In this document: positions 9,090 to 22,100 of the stretch, in pieces
How positions within the stretch are numbered: the first letter of the stretch is position 1
Layout: the number at the start of each line of letters is the position of its first letter
DNA from: Podarcis gaigeae
Lineage: Eukaryota
Length of the DNA: 64,000 nt
Reading direction: 5' to 3' (one strand)
Assembly (NCBI GenBank): GCA_964106915.2
Contig: OZ066915.1
Position numbers and translations under genes: made by a program
Notes under the pieces: model-generated
Database searches by the model: none
Told to the model about the DNA's origin: nothing
Seen by the model: only the letters and a program-made list of their open reading frames with translations

Positions 9090-11679
9090 TATATTGTAGA
9101 ACATTTACAATCTGGGTTGTTAAGTAAAGGGAAAAAGTGACACAAACACACACATAACTTTCAGTTTCAATACATATCAGCATGAAGATTCTTATCTGCG
9201 TCAACAATTATGGCCACAATACTATGGGGTATATACTTTGCATATACTTTGAATAAAGGGTGAGATTTTCTGTATGTGCCTTTAAGAGGGTTAAAAATAT
9301 CAAATGGCATAGAAAATAAAAACAAAGTAGAAGCACGAGTAAGTGTTTGGCTTTGTCTGTGTAACTCGAGCATGTGGTGTCAGACTTCTGGCCAAAGCTC
9401 GAGCTTGTTGGCTGCTTTCTGCTCTGTCTCCTCCAAAACACCCACCTTCCCTGGCTTCCCCTCTGGCTCTTGGGATGCATGTCGGGCTCCCTTCCTATAC
9501 ACAGTGTTAGGAAATCCAGGAATAGTTCAGGCTGTTGTTGGCAAGAACCAAAATCTGGCTTGTTCTTCCTCCGGTTGAGTCATGGAGAGACTGGCAACTG
9601 TGAAGGCAGACAGATTCCTAGTTCTTTCCCGCCCCCCAGATGTGCCGCTCTGTCCTTCTTTCTGTCCATGGAAGAATTGAAAGAGACAAGTTAATCTCTT
9701 TTAGCATGTTCTTTAATGTGCACAAACATGGTGGGTGTGTTTTAAGCAAGCCACTCGTCTTCTTTGCAATGATTCTTAGTTCTCCAAAACAGCAGATGAC
9801 AGGGTAGAACCTATGGTATATCGAGACAGCAGGTAAAGGCTCATATTACTGACTCGCCTTCCACACCGCACACAGAAAATGAGAGGTCAGGATTCCACCC
9901 TAGCTCTAGTTTTCTGTGCATAAGCTATTTTGGGATTCTTCTCCAGTACATTCTACAGGATGTAACTGAGCTTCCTCTTTCTACCCCTGCAATGGCTTGC
10001 TTTAATGGTGTTGTTTACAAGGCAGAAGTAGAACGCTATCAGGAAATGTTTCCAGAGTTCTAGATAAGTGGGACTCTTGAATTAGTTGTAGCAATATTGT
10101 GCTATCTCGGTTCTGATGTTCCACAGTCTTTGGCAGAACAATGAGAGTGAGATCTGGATTTTGAAAATTGTTGTGGGCTCAACTCTCTCCCACAACCCAC
10201 TCTCCTGCCAGATAATGATGGCAAGGAAAGAAAAGTGTAGTGCTGCTTATTTCAGAGGGCAAATAGTGATGATGATGATGATGATGTTGATGAATTAAAA
10301 TACAATAAAACAGTCACAGCAATTAAACATTAACGTGAAGCAGCAGCAGAGCAGATAAAATATTAATATTGTTAAAGATAGAACAAAGTTGTTTTATTCA
10401 TTTATGCTGCTTTTAATATAGTCTTTTGTTTTTGCAAGCTTCCTTGAACTATATGAGGAAAAGTGGGGTATAAACATTTCAGATATATATATATTTAAAG
10501 CATGAACTAGATCAGTTACCTAACAATCTTTGGGATCATTTATGTGGGAATCAGTATTGTGCACAGTGGTTGTGGGAGACTTTTGTCTTGATAAATTATT
10601 GGCTCATAGTGTGAAGTTTCATTTTGACTCAGTCAAAACCTGTTGTTTCCAATCTCCCACAAATCTTGCTTACTAAGGAAGGCAGGCCTGCATTTCCTGA
10701 AGCAGAAATGCACCTCTCTCCTACATGTGAGTTTCTTTTGTCAGTGCAGGCACCTGGAGGGTTAAATAATCTCTCCCCGCTTCCCCCTACTCCACACCCA
10801 AATCAGAAGTAACTCATTTCCAAAAGGAGCCAGGGCAGAGAAATGCAAATAAGTGTTTCGGACAGCTGCAGGCTGTATGCCTTCCTGAGATGCCAGTGCC
10901 CCAAATGAGACATGTCAGAGTACAAATTGAAAATGCCAATTTCACTTACTCTGCCACGCTGCTCGTCACAGCTAAATCCTTCTCTGCCGCCCCTCCCCCC
11001 ACACTTTCCACTTACCGAATGATGGGTGCTTCTCCTTAATGTAAATCTCCCTGACTTCTTGGGTTATTTCTGCAGTGGGTCTCTTCAGCCAGTCTTAGTG
11101 GGACACAGCTACAAAGGAATGGGAGGGGAAAAGGTACACAGAAACCCTTCCCTCATCCATATTATCTGAATGTCAGTTATCTTCTAGTGATCCATATTTA
11201 ACTCCTGTACTGCGTAAAGGCCTTATTGATGTGAGCTTACAGTAGCTGTACCCCCATTTATCTGAACTTCTGGTTGTTTCGGTGCTGCCCAGCCCATTTG
11301 TATAAAAAAAAATTCTGGAATTTGTGTGAAGTTGCTTGGAATGTACTGGGTATATGTTTATCTAGGTACAGATGTAAATATAAACAGTGACTAACAGATT
11401 ACTTTTTTAGAACGGAACATTTCACCTCCTGCCTTCCTCATTTGCCCCGCTGCGAATTCAAGTCCACTGGGCCAGAATTTTTTCCCCTTGTTTCCAGTGT
11501 TCTTGGATCGGGTGGCATTGCCATTGCAATAATGGATAAATCAGCGAGGGGGTGTGGCTATCTGAATGGAAGTGTTTTCCAATTGGTTGTTGCATCCCCC
11601 CCCCCCCCCAAGATTGGCTGTGTGAAATTCTAAAGCATTTGTGTGCATCAGTTGCTGTTTTTAAGATGGAAAATAAGAG

Positions 11680-11900
11680 AGGAGGGACTCCAGGTGTTTG
11701 AAATAATGTTCATTCCAGGCCCAATGTGTTTCGGAACAAATCCATCCTTGGGGGCACATTTTTAGCAGTGTTTTGCAGTAGTAAGAGTCCTCATGCATTT
11801 GGTGAAAATTGCTTATAAAACTGTGCCCCTGAGCAAAGCTTTCTTCCCAAACATGTCAATCCTGAAATAAATCATATCTCAAACTCCTGGAGAGTCTCCT
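11680..11900. repeat. Old degenerate inverted repeat with hammerhead-like remnants (probable ancient PLE pseudo-LTR pair)
   Basis: The reverse complement of 11680-11778 aligns with 11801-11900: tgtgcccccaaggatggatttgttccgaaacacattgggcctggaatgaa vs tgtgcccctgagcaaagctttcttcccaaacatgtcaatcctgaaataaa. Confidence 0.6.
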
Positions 11901-12351
11901 AAACGTATATGTGTACATACACAAACATGTAATTTTCTTCTAGAAGTGCTTCCCCAGTTTTAACGGCTGGTTTCCTTCAGTTATCATTTCACCTATGTAC
12001 TGAACATTCACAGTCAATGATGTAAATTAAATTGCTGGACCTGGCAGTGAACTTTTTGTTTGATATACTAAGTCATAGTATATCATGGTTATAGCCAGTC
12101 ATGGTGCTCATGAAGTAACTGTCTCCAGGAGATAAAACACAGGTAATGCTGGGTTGTATCCAACGTTAGGCATACTCAGATCTAACTCTTAAAATGAACA
12201 AACATGACTAGCTTAGGTCTACAAATTTCTATGGGTCAATCTTACTAAAGCTTAGCTGGATGCATCCTAGTACATTTGAATCCTTCCACGATCCAGAGTA
12301 AACTCATCTGAAGTGCAGTTTGATGCTTTGAAAACCATCTCTCTGGATGTA

Positions 12352-12738
12352 AAGGTAAAGGTAAAGGTATCCCTGCCCGTATGGGCCAGTCGTGTCCGAC
12401 TCTAGGGTTGTGCGCCCATCTCACTTAAGAGGCCGGGGGCCAGCGCTGTCCAGAGACACTTCCGGGTCACGTGGCCAGCATGACGAGGCTGCTCTGGCGA
12501 GCCTGCACCAGCGCAGCACACGGAAACGCCGTTTACCTTCCCGCTATAAAGCGGTACCTATTTATCTACTTGCACTTAAGAGTGCTTTCGAACTGCTTAG
12601 GTGGGCAGGAGCTGGGACCGAACGACGGGAGCTCACCCCGCCGTGGGGATTCAAACCACCAACCATACGATCGGCAAGTCCTAGGCACTGAGGTTTTACC
12701 CACAGCGCCACCCGTGTCCCTACAGCGCCACCCGCATC
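12352..12738 (-). mobile_element. Sauria SINE, full length
   Basis: Minus-strand A box TGGCGCTGTGG, B box GGTTTGAATCC, (ACCTTT)n tail. TSD TCTCTCTGGATGTA at 12338-12351 and 12739-12752. Confidence 0.9.
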
Positions 12739-14869
12739 TCTCTCTGGATGTACATGCACACAATTCAAGGAGCTGGGGAAGGAAGGGCTCAGTTTGTTTA
12801 GAACATTAAATGAACAGTGGACTTTTGCATAGATCTTGGAATAACATTGATGGCTTGTGCAAAAGCATCATTTTGAAGAAGGCACTCCCTTGTGTGAGCA
12901 GACGTTTTGCTCAGTTATGTCATCAGTCCTTTTTTTTAATGCTAAAGTTACATTTTTAAAAAATTGAAAAATAATAATTACCTTTTAAAAATGTAAAGTG
13001 CTCTTTTATGCATATTATTGTGAGCATTCTAGGTTGAATTTTGTTTTTATAGTTGTATTGAAATGTTTTTGTAAGTCAAAACTTAGGGAAATTACAAATA
13101 CATATAGATCACCATCATCTGCCTTGGGAGTTTTTATTGAAGGATGGTATAAAAGCATATTAAATAAATTAGTTCCTGAATGGGAACTTTGGCTGATACG
13201 CTTATTTTCTCCTTCAAAATTATTGTGCAGGATAGACTGTCATGTTCAACACCTTAGGGCAGCTAAATTTTACTGATTAGACCATACTTATATACAGTGA
13301 ATGTCTTACTATATACAGTATTGCCTATGTTGCACTCTTTGAAATTGAAGGAGCGTGATGTAAACATATAATCTGTAAAGTAGTTATGCCCTACTGTTTG
13401 TAATGGGATTATTTTGCGATTGGTTGTCCTATGAGAAACACCCTGGTCTTTTCTCAGGAGCTCGGCCTTTCTCTGGTGGGTTTCTTACGCTAGTTCTGTA
13501 CTTTCACCTGAGCGCTTTACACTGTAAAGCATTCAATCAAAAATGCAAAACCAGAGTCCCTTCTGTTTCTTTGCGCTTATCACTGAATTAAGCACAAAAT
13601 AGGCTTTGAAGGAAGATGAGGCGTGGAAGCTTCTACCTTCTTTGAGTGGCAGGAGGATGTGGAGAAAGGGTGCTTGGGGGCATGGATATGCGGGGAAGGG
13701 AGGGGACCATACGCACTGCCTTCATCTTTCACTTCTCTGTGTCCTCATCAAGGCAGACTCAGTGCCATGGGCTGTGGGTAGGTGGGTGGGGTGGAGTGGG
13801 GGGGGGGAAGGATCCAAGGCACAGGGAGAGCTGATTCTCCAGTGTCCATAGCTCCCTAACAAACTGCAGCAAGCCATGAATCTTTCATTTAATCTCTCCT
13901 GACACGCCTGTCATTTTCTCCGGAGAGAAGCGGAGAATCTCTCGCCGAAGGAGGTCATTAGCTGTCAGGGAAGGTTCCGACTGCCTTCCTGTCTCTGTAT
14001 CGATTAAGCCTCCACATGCACGCAGGCAGTGTGGAGGGAATATTGATGGGGCTGCCAGAGGTTTGGCTTGGGCTAGAGATTGGGTGTATCTTTTCCCTGG
14101 GTGGGACAAGGGCTCGTGGGGCTGCTTGATGAAGATATAACCCCAAATTTGTCTGCCTCTGCAACTCTGCCCTCACAGAGCTATTGTCCGCCTTAGGCTC
14201 TTGCTTTTTCGTTTTCTGTGTGGGAGCTTTATTTCCCTATACCCTAGGAAAGGCAGAATCTAATATTGCCAGCTCTGGAGAGCAGAGAGTGATGACTCCA
14301 GCTGCTGCTTAGTTTGAGATATCACTGTCACTCAGTTTGTACAGTTCACCAGAAAATCCTCCTCCTTTCATTGGAGGAGCAGGTTCAACATGAACACTGA
14401 ATGTTAATCTGAATCAAATGATTAGCATGTTTAGTTTTTATTATATATCACCATAGTGACAATATTGTACAAGGGCTGTACACTATTGGAGGGGCTCTGA
14501 AAGCCACTTAGCCCACAGTGTGTGTATGCCAGCAGTGCTTTTTTTAAAAAAGTACAAATTCTTCACCCAGGTAACCTAATTCCTGTGCCAAGAGAAGCTG
14601 GAGTCTGTAATGCAAATAAATTATGCACATGATGTGACTTCAAATAGATTTGCTTATTTCCCACCAGTGATTCTGTTTCTGCTAGCTATAAGAGAGGCAG
14701 AAGAGCTATACGAAAGCATATCCAAACTCTTGCAATATTGTCTGTGCAAGTAAGAAGATTTGCAGGGGGAGGTTCTTGAGGCGCCTTGGAGTCCAGACTC
14801 CAATTCCTTTCCCTCAGAAAAGGCCTTCCGCCTGGCAGAATTCTAGGAAGCAGCTGGGAACTGGAAATA

Positions 14870-15111
14870 CAGTGGTACCTCGGGTTACATATGCTTCAGG
14901 TTACATACGCTTCAGGTTACACACACTGCTAACTCAGCAATAGTGCTTCAGGTTAATAACTTTGCTTCAGGATAAGAACAGAAATCAGGCTCTGGTGGCG
15001 TGGCGGCAGCAGGAGGCCCCATTAGCTAAAGTGGTGCTTCAGGTTAAGAACAATTTCAGGTTAAGAACAGACCTCTGGAACAAATTAAGTACTTAACCCG
15101 AGGTACCACTG
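14870..15111. mobile_element. Tc1/mariner (Tigger/pogo-like) MITE, second copy
   Basis: Same TIRs and TA flanks as 8864-9089, with one extra internal repeat unit. Confidence 0.9.
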
Positions 15112-15316
15112 TATAAGTGCTGCCCCTGGATTTTGGAGACTTTGCATTTGACCAGAGTGTCTTGCTTGGGACCACAGATCCAGATGGGTACACTTAGAAC
15201 GGGTCAGAAGAATGCAAAGCTCCCCTGTGGTCTGTGGTCTGATTCCTGATGTATATCTGTTTCTTTCTGTCTGAGGGTGCCTAATGGACTCTTTTCTCTT
15301 GTGTTTCCTCTGGCAG

Positions 15317-15413
15317 TATTCCTATGAAGGGAATGGCATCAGTGACCTCCCGGTGAACCTTTCCGTGGTATGGAATGGGAACTTCATCATTGACAATCCC
15401 CAGAACATCCAGG
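15317..15413 (+). CDS. PLXNA1: Plexin-A1 exon (YSYEGNG...NPQNIQ)
   Basis: ggcag|TATTCC...CAGG|gtaagc; 97 nt, phase 0 to 1. Confidence 0.95.
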
Positions 15414-16426
15414 GTAAGCTGATGAAGTCGGGTGGGGTGGAGCACCCTTGGCAAGATACTGCAGGAGTTCCCTGCAATGAACTGCTTCTGCATTCCACTT
15501 CTGAGCCATCCACCTCAGGGCCAGATTGACACTAGTGCACCCCTACAGGTGTAAAATCAAATATTATGCTAGCCTGAGCAAACAAGCTTTCTAACACAGA
15601 GCAAAGTTAGAAGTGGTGGTCTGGGGATTACTGGTTTCTCTCCTGCCCATCAAAGTGCCTTGACCCTCCAAACGCGGTGTACTTGCTCTGAAACATTTTC
15701 TTGGTAGTGTGCTGTCCTTGTAAACATGCCCAGCCATTCAATAACTCGTTTGAGACTTAAATGCACGTTCACTTCCTAGACATAAAATGAAATCACTTTG
15801 AAGGCTGCTTTACGATCCTGGCTCCCGCTGCAAGGAACTTAGGACATGATAGTTAGGTTAGTTCTGTAATGGGCAAAGATTATTTCACACACACACCAAA
15901 TAAATTCACAACATTCTTACAAAATCGTAAACCTCAGAGTTATTTGGGGAAGCCGTGACAACTATGCCAGTTCAAACCACTTGAAATTTGTGACCCTGAT
16001 TGTGGCTTTCAGCTGAGATCCTAGCACAGGGAAAGGCAATGTTGTGCCTTTCATATGTTGGTGGATTGCAATTCCCAGCATCCCCGGCCACCATAGCCAT
16101 AGGCTGGGGATGATGAGAGTTGTAGTCAGCAGCATGTGGAGGGCACCACTGGGTTATCCCTTCATTAGTGGATAGGCATTTGCATCATAAACAAATCCCT
16201 TGCTGGCTGTATTCAGTAGTGAAAGCTGAAAACTATATAGGCAGTGAATACTGTCAAAACTGGCCTGATACGACAAAGCATATGGAAGGTGGTAGACCTG
16301 AGGTCCTTTAGTGGGCATTGTCAACAATTACCCATCAGAGGGGGAATCTGTGTAGCAGTTCTGTCCCCACCCCACTCCCCAACTTCTTTTTGAATGTAAG
16401 CAGGGATTTGTGTTTTCTTCTTGCAG

Positions 16427-16617
16427 CTCACCTATACAAGTGCTCAGCTCTGCGCGAAAGCTGTGGGCTGTGCCTCAAGGCAGATCCACGCTTCGAGTGT
16501 GGCTGGTGCGTGTCAGAAAAGCGATGTTCCCTGCGCCAACATTGCCCAGCCTCTGAGAGCAGCTGGATGCATGCCAGCAATGGCAATAGCCGCTGTGCGG
16601 ACCCCAAAATCATTAAG
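16427..16617 (+). CDS. PLXNA1: Plexin-A1 exon, PSI domain (HLYKC...[16 protein letters not shown]...DPKIIK)
   Basis: ttgcag|CTCAC...ATTAAG|gtatgc; 191 nt, phase 1 to 0. Confidence 0.96.
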
Positions 16618-18546
16618 GTATGCTTGTGAAGGGTAAGCAGGGGGGAGGTTTTTCTTCTTCTCCTTTATCCTCAGTGCTGAATGGGAAATCGCCTATGGTG
16701 GAGGGTACATGGTGGTGGGCAGTTCTGAAGTATTTTAAGGCGTGGCTGGCCTAGCTACCAGCGTATGCAGTGTTCTTGTAGCATATGATACAAGATGTAG
16801 TATTCTCCTGACACTTTCTTTGTTCAGACACCAATAACTGGTGCGAAGCCTCTTCTTCCCACCAACCAGTGAGTGCTCAATGAACAGTAGCGAGCAGAAT
16901 TAGTGTCTCCTGTGATATGCCGCTGATGGGGCAATGCAGCGGTGATTGTAATGGAGAATCAGTGGAATATGGTTGAGTGGTCAGAGTTGGATGCAGCTAT
17001 CCTGTCTTCTGTATCCTGTCTTCTGTTCCTAACCCCAATTGACATTTCCCCCACTTCCAGTTTCTCCTTGTTCTCCTCTATCTATAGCAGGGATGGGGAA
17101 ACCATGGCCCTCCAGGCATTGCTAAGATTACAACTCTCATCATGGTCAGTGGTCACTGTTTCGCCATTCTTGATCTGTAGAAGCATGGTCGTTTTGGAAT
17201 CTGTTACTGTGGCTTAGGTTTTCGATGTCAATGTTTTGCTCTTAATGGGTATTGTTATATATGTTGTGAAAATCAGGCAAAGTGTACGCTTTTAAATAAG
17301 ACATAAATAGGATGGAGATGAATAATATCAGGTGACACTTGTGACCTGTGCAAGTTCATTGGCCAGTGCTGGTGAAGACAGGCATTTCAAAGAGGGGTTG
17401 GACTCAGATTCACCGCATTATGAGAGGGCTTTGTTTCCAGGACTGATGATACATACTGAAATTTCACATAGAATGACTTTCTGTCGACTTACTACAACAG
17501 GCAGAGTAGTAGGAGTATATTTTTTTGGCTTGCATACCACTTTCTTTCTCTCCTGTGTTGACAGTGAATGTTTGATTCCCATTCTGGCCTGTTACACAGG
17601 ATTCCTAGCAAATAGGATTCTGGAAGAAGATGAGGTTTGGTGTGTCGTGGATTCCTCACCCCCCACCCGGTTGTGTTCACAGTTTTTAGCCACCCATCTT
17701 TTCACTTCCTTAAGACTGGTTGTTTATCATTCCTCTTCTCTTGACAGCTGCTATGACCTTCATTTAATAAGATTGTGTATATTAATGTTAACATGTCGGT
17801 TGGGCCAGGCTCCAAGTGCATTAGCAGGGATTGGCAGGTAATTCTATTTGATATGTTCTATTTACCCATATACTGCAAGCCAGGCAGGCCTTGGTGGTGT
17901 TAATTACCAGAGTCTTAGCACAGTATCTCATCTATTTGGGTTTCAGTGTCTTATCTGTTGAAGGCTGGAAATTAGAGTAGTGCCTCTTGCACTCCCCAAA
18001 GCTAGTTGCTTCTTATTGCTGATTGGCATTGTGGGGCCCTGCACTGCGTTTGCCAAGGCCTTCACTCTTTGGAAGCCCCCAGCCCACCACAAAATCTGAT
18101 GGGAGAGAGCCTGCCTAATTAGTGTCTGCATCTTCTATAAAAAGAAGTAATGACTAACACTGGAGATGGGAGGTGGGGGAATGACAGGGGAGTCTTACCG
18201 TCTCAAATCACGCAAGTTATATTACAGATTTCCAATGGAATAGTACTTAGCATTTATACAGTGCTTTAGGGTGCTCAGGATGTTTCAAATACAGTGGCCG
18301 GATACTATTTATTTTATTATATTTTTATACCGCTTTTCAGACAAATTGTCTCTTCCAGAGCAGCTCTCATCAATTAAAGAGAGAGGGAAGAAGAGAGAGA
18401 GGGAGAGATGGTAGCCTTCCATCAGGCTTCCAAACTTAAAAAAATAAATAAGAAGGAACACAAAGAAAAGGGAGGTGGAGGGAAAAGGTAGAGCAAGGGA
18501 TATCATTTTGACAGTACTACAGCAAGGTGGTGAGTTGTAAATAGGC

Positions 18547-18960
18547 ATTTATTTGATTGTGGGTTGTGTTTATGAGATGACTCATAAACTAAATTCTCCA
18601 GGTGGCAAGCAGAGATTGAAAACACAATAATAAAACCACACTACAATAAAACCCACAGTAAGATTAAGAGACATAAAAGCAAAGTACAAAACCAGCACAA
18701 TAAAATGCCACAGACAGCACAGAACTAAAACAGCCATCAGATGCATGCACTAAAGCCACCATATGCCACAGGACTTAAAGTCTGATCTTAAAAGACCTGG
18801 GAGAATAGAAAAGTCTTAGCCTGGTGCTAAAAAGGCAGCAATGTCGGTGCCCAGCAAGCTACCCTAGGGAGAGTATTCCTTAGTCAAGGGCTGCCACCAG
18901 AAAGTCCCTCCTTTGTTTCTACCCTCCAAGCTTCACATTGAGAAGCTAAACAGAGAGGGG
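18547..18960 (-). mobile_element. Decayed L2-clade LINE 3' end
   Basis: AT-rich tail, TAAAA-rich 3' UTR, and similarity to the 1130-1535 and 32187-33156 copies. Confidence 0.5.
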
Positions 18961-18961
18961 C

Positions 18962-19125
18962 ATAACCAGAGAGAATATAGCCATTGTGACTAGTAGCAAT
19001 TGATAGCCTTGTCCTCCATGAATGTGTCTGAACCTCTTTTAAAGCCATCCAAGTTGGTGGCCATTACTACTTCCTGTGGGAACACATTCCGTAGTTTAAG
19101 TATTCACTGTGTGAAGAACTGCATC
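18962..19125 (-). mobile_element. CR1 LINE 3' fragment
   Basis: CCTCCATGAATGTGTCTGAACCTCTTTTAAAGCCATCCAAGTTGGTGGCCAT is the reverse complement of the CR1 ORF2 end (ATNLDGFKRG...FME). Confidence 0.65.
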
Positions 19126-22100
19126 TCTTCCTGGGTCACCAGCTCCTTTTAGACAAGTGTATGATACTAGAATCCTAAATCTTGATTTAAGATATTCACA
19201 CTGACTCCTGATTGCAAGGTATGAAGCTCTCAAGAACCAATTCTGACTGAACCCTGTTATGTGAAGTGTGGGGCTGTCATGAAGAGCTTTGTGAACCTAA
19301 AACCATTATGTAGTGTCACGGCTACTAAATGGTGTTGATAACGTACATTTTGTTTACCTGCCAATTTTTGAGCACTTGCCAGCATTAGGTTTTAATGATA
19401 CTCTCTGCATCATTAAATAATTAAAATTAAATTAAGAACTTGTCCCACTAATTGTAAGTCCTGTGTAGGCAAATCAAGTAGTGTGCCTCTCCATTCCAAG
19501 TTTGGGGACTTAACATTGGTGCTTTTTCCAACTGTTGCTCTAGTTGAAGCCTTGAAGGCCATGCAGCCTTTGTAGGTGCTCCTCCAGACAATTGTTGATG
19601 ACTTCCTGGTGCTTTCTAGATGTTGTTGGGCTCCAGCTCCCATTAGCCTTGACCAGTGTAACCAATAGTAATGGGAGTTGGACCTAAACAGCACCAAAAG
19701 GGCACCACGTTGGCTACCCTTGCGATAAGATCAGCTTCAGTGCAGTGGAATGAATGATGGGCACAGCATGCACAAAGAAATAGAATATGTAACCTTTTCT
19801 CCTGGAAAATGTTAAACTGTATGGGTCATTAGTCTGGAACAGGTGGAGAACTTTCTGCTTGGCACTCTGATTCCTTCTACTCCAAGGGTTTCAGAAGAGC
19901 ACCATTTGAGTTAAGACTAGAGCCATCGGATGTCCTGCTGAAATAATTTATCAGCTTGCATTTTGCTTTCACTATCTCTGTAGCACCGTTACTGTACAGA
20001 AGGCTTTACAATGTTCTAATCTCCTCAGAACGATAATACTATGCCAAATATACGAGTTTAGCCTTAATTTTACGGTGGCGAGTCAGTGCTCCATTATACC
20101 TTCCAGACTTGTCTTTTATCAACCTGGCATGATGCTATGTTCCAGAATCAAGCCCAAATGTAGTGCCTTTCTTTCTTAACACAGCTTGGGAAGCAAACCC
20201 ATCATTCTAAGTAGCCGTGCTACCGATGTCAGTATTGCTTCACTTTTGAAAGCCTGATCTCAGAGACTCCTAATAGAAGTTTTGCTGCTGCACAAGAAGA
20301 TGGAAGGTTGCTTCTGTGTGCTTTCAAAGCTCCAGTTTTAAGTGGTACATTCTCAGATAGAATATATGCATTCAGGCGCAGGAGGGCCATTTTGAAATGA
20401 AATGATCAAATGGCCAAACCGGTTAGTTGATGATTCATTATCTCATCTTTTGGGCACTGATATATCTTGTGTCCACTTCATTTGGCAGATCTGAAGGGTT
20501 TGTGCTCTGAAACCAATTAGCAAAAGAGTGCTGTTGTTTGTCAGGGATGGAGCTGGGGTGGGAGAGTGCCTGCTTCTGTGACTCTGTGTGTGAGTGTTTA
20601 AGGGGAGACGGTTCAAGAAAGAGCCAGATTTCGCTGCCAGCTCTGGTTCCCAAGTGCCTTGTTTAGCCGCGACCTCCCCACACAGTGTGTCAAGCAGTGT
20701 CAACTTTTTCCCAGAGTTGCTGCTCCCCAAACGTGTGGCCCTTGTCAGTTTTGCTGCAGTGGAGGGGAAATCTAACATACCACGGCAGCCTTTAACACTA
20801 ATTTAACAATACCAAACAAACAGCCACGGCTCACCAAGTATCCCAGAGGAGCCCAATTTAGGAAAGAATGACTTGGGTTGCCTGCTGCAGCAGCTGCCTT
20901 AATGAGTTCTGATCCAGGACTTTAGCAGATGATTGGATTGAATTTAGGCGAGCAGCAAACCCCCAAAGCTCAAATCGGTTTGACTGTTGTATAAATTCTG
21001 AGGCATAGCATGTGATTGCCCTAGGCCTGCTTGTAAGTTAACTCGTGGAGCAGCCTGCAAGTCAGGGAGCGGAGAAGGGAGCCAGGGTTTGTGGGCTTTG
21101 GATACCTATTCCAAGTTGGCTTTGGGCAAGCTACAACCTCTTTGTGCCTTGGCTGCTGGTAATTCTCCAGCGTAGCCTCCTTTTGCTGCTTTGTTAATGA
21201 GACTTGGATGGTGTTTGTGAGGCAAGAATCGGAGAATGAAAAATGAAGTGTTACGTTTTAATGACGCATGTTGATACCTTGGTCAGGTATGTTGAAGGAG
21301 ATGTTCTTTACGTTTGCACTGTCCCCTGGGACTGGAGGAAATAGTTGGTTTTCTACTTCCCCTCTACCAAATCTGTCTGCTCCAAATGATGGCCCATATT
21401 GTAGAATGAAAGGGCCCCGTTCTGGAGGCGAGGAGTGTCTGAGGACCTGTGATTCTGAGAGTACAGGCCTAACACAAATTTTGCCTGTCTTTAGGGGCGG
21501 CTACTGGAGGAGCGTAGTGTTACAGAGGCTGAGATCTCTCCAGCTAGAAAAGAGTTGCATCATACACGAGCAGCCTTTTGCCATCTTATTATTGTAGCGC
21601 ACTCTGCCTGCTGCTACCCTCCTTGACAAATATTCAGAAGAGATGCCTGATACACAGTGAGATAGCATGGGGACTGCAGGATTGCTATGTATTTTCGCTC
21701 AAGTCTGTGGCCCTATTGTTAGCCATGGTAAGGCTTGTCTGCCTGAAGCAGCATAGTTTGGGGTAACATTAAAAGGCAGCCATTCCTGCCCCACCCCCAG
21801 CTATTTTATTAATATATTTTACCACCATTGGTGGTGGTGGCAGAGTTGCCATTTGGATTATCGGCCTCAGGCATGAATTTTGGGGGGGCTGTTTCTCATT
21901 ACGTTTATGTTTCAAGATCTCCATTGATGCCTTACTAGTTATCCAGCAACAATAGAAGATACTGGCTTAGAACTAAGAAGTTTGGCCCACACATGCCTTA
22001 GAAATCTCTTTCCCATCTTATGACACATCTTTACTGTTAAAATCAACACAGTCTGTGCCTTCCTAACAATGCAATCTGTGCAAGAGCGTGTAGTGAGGTA

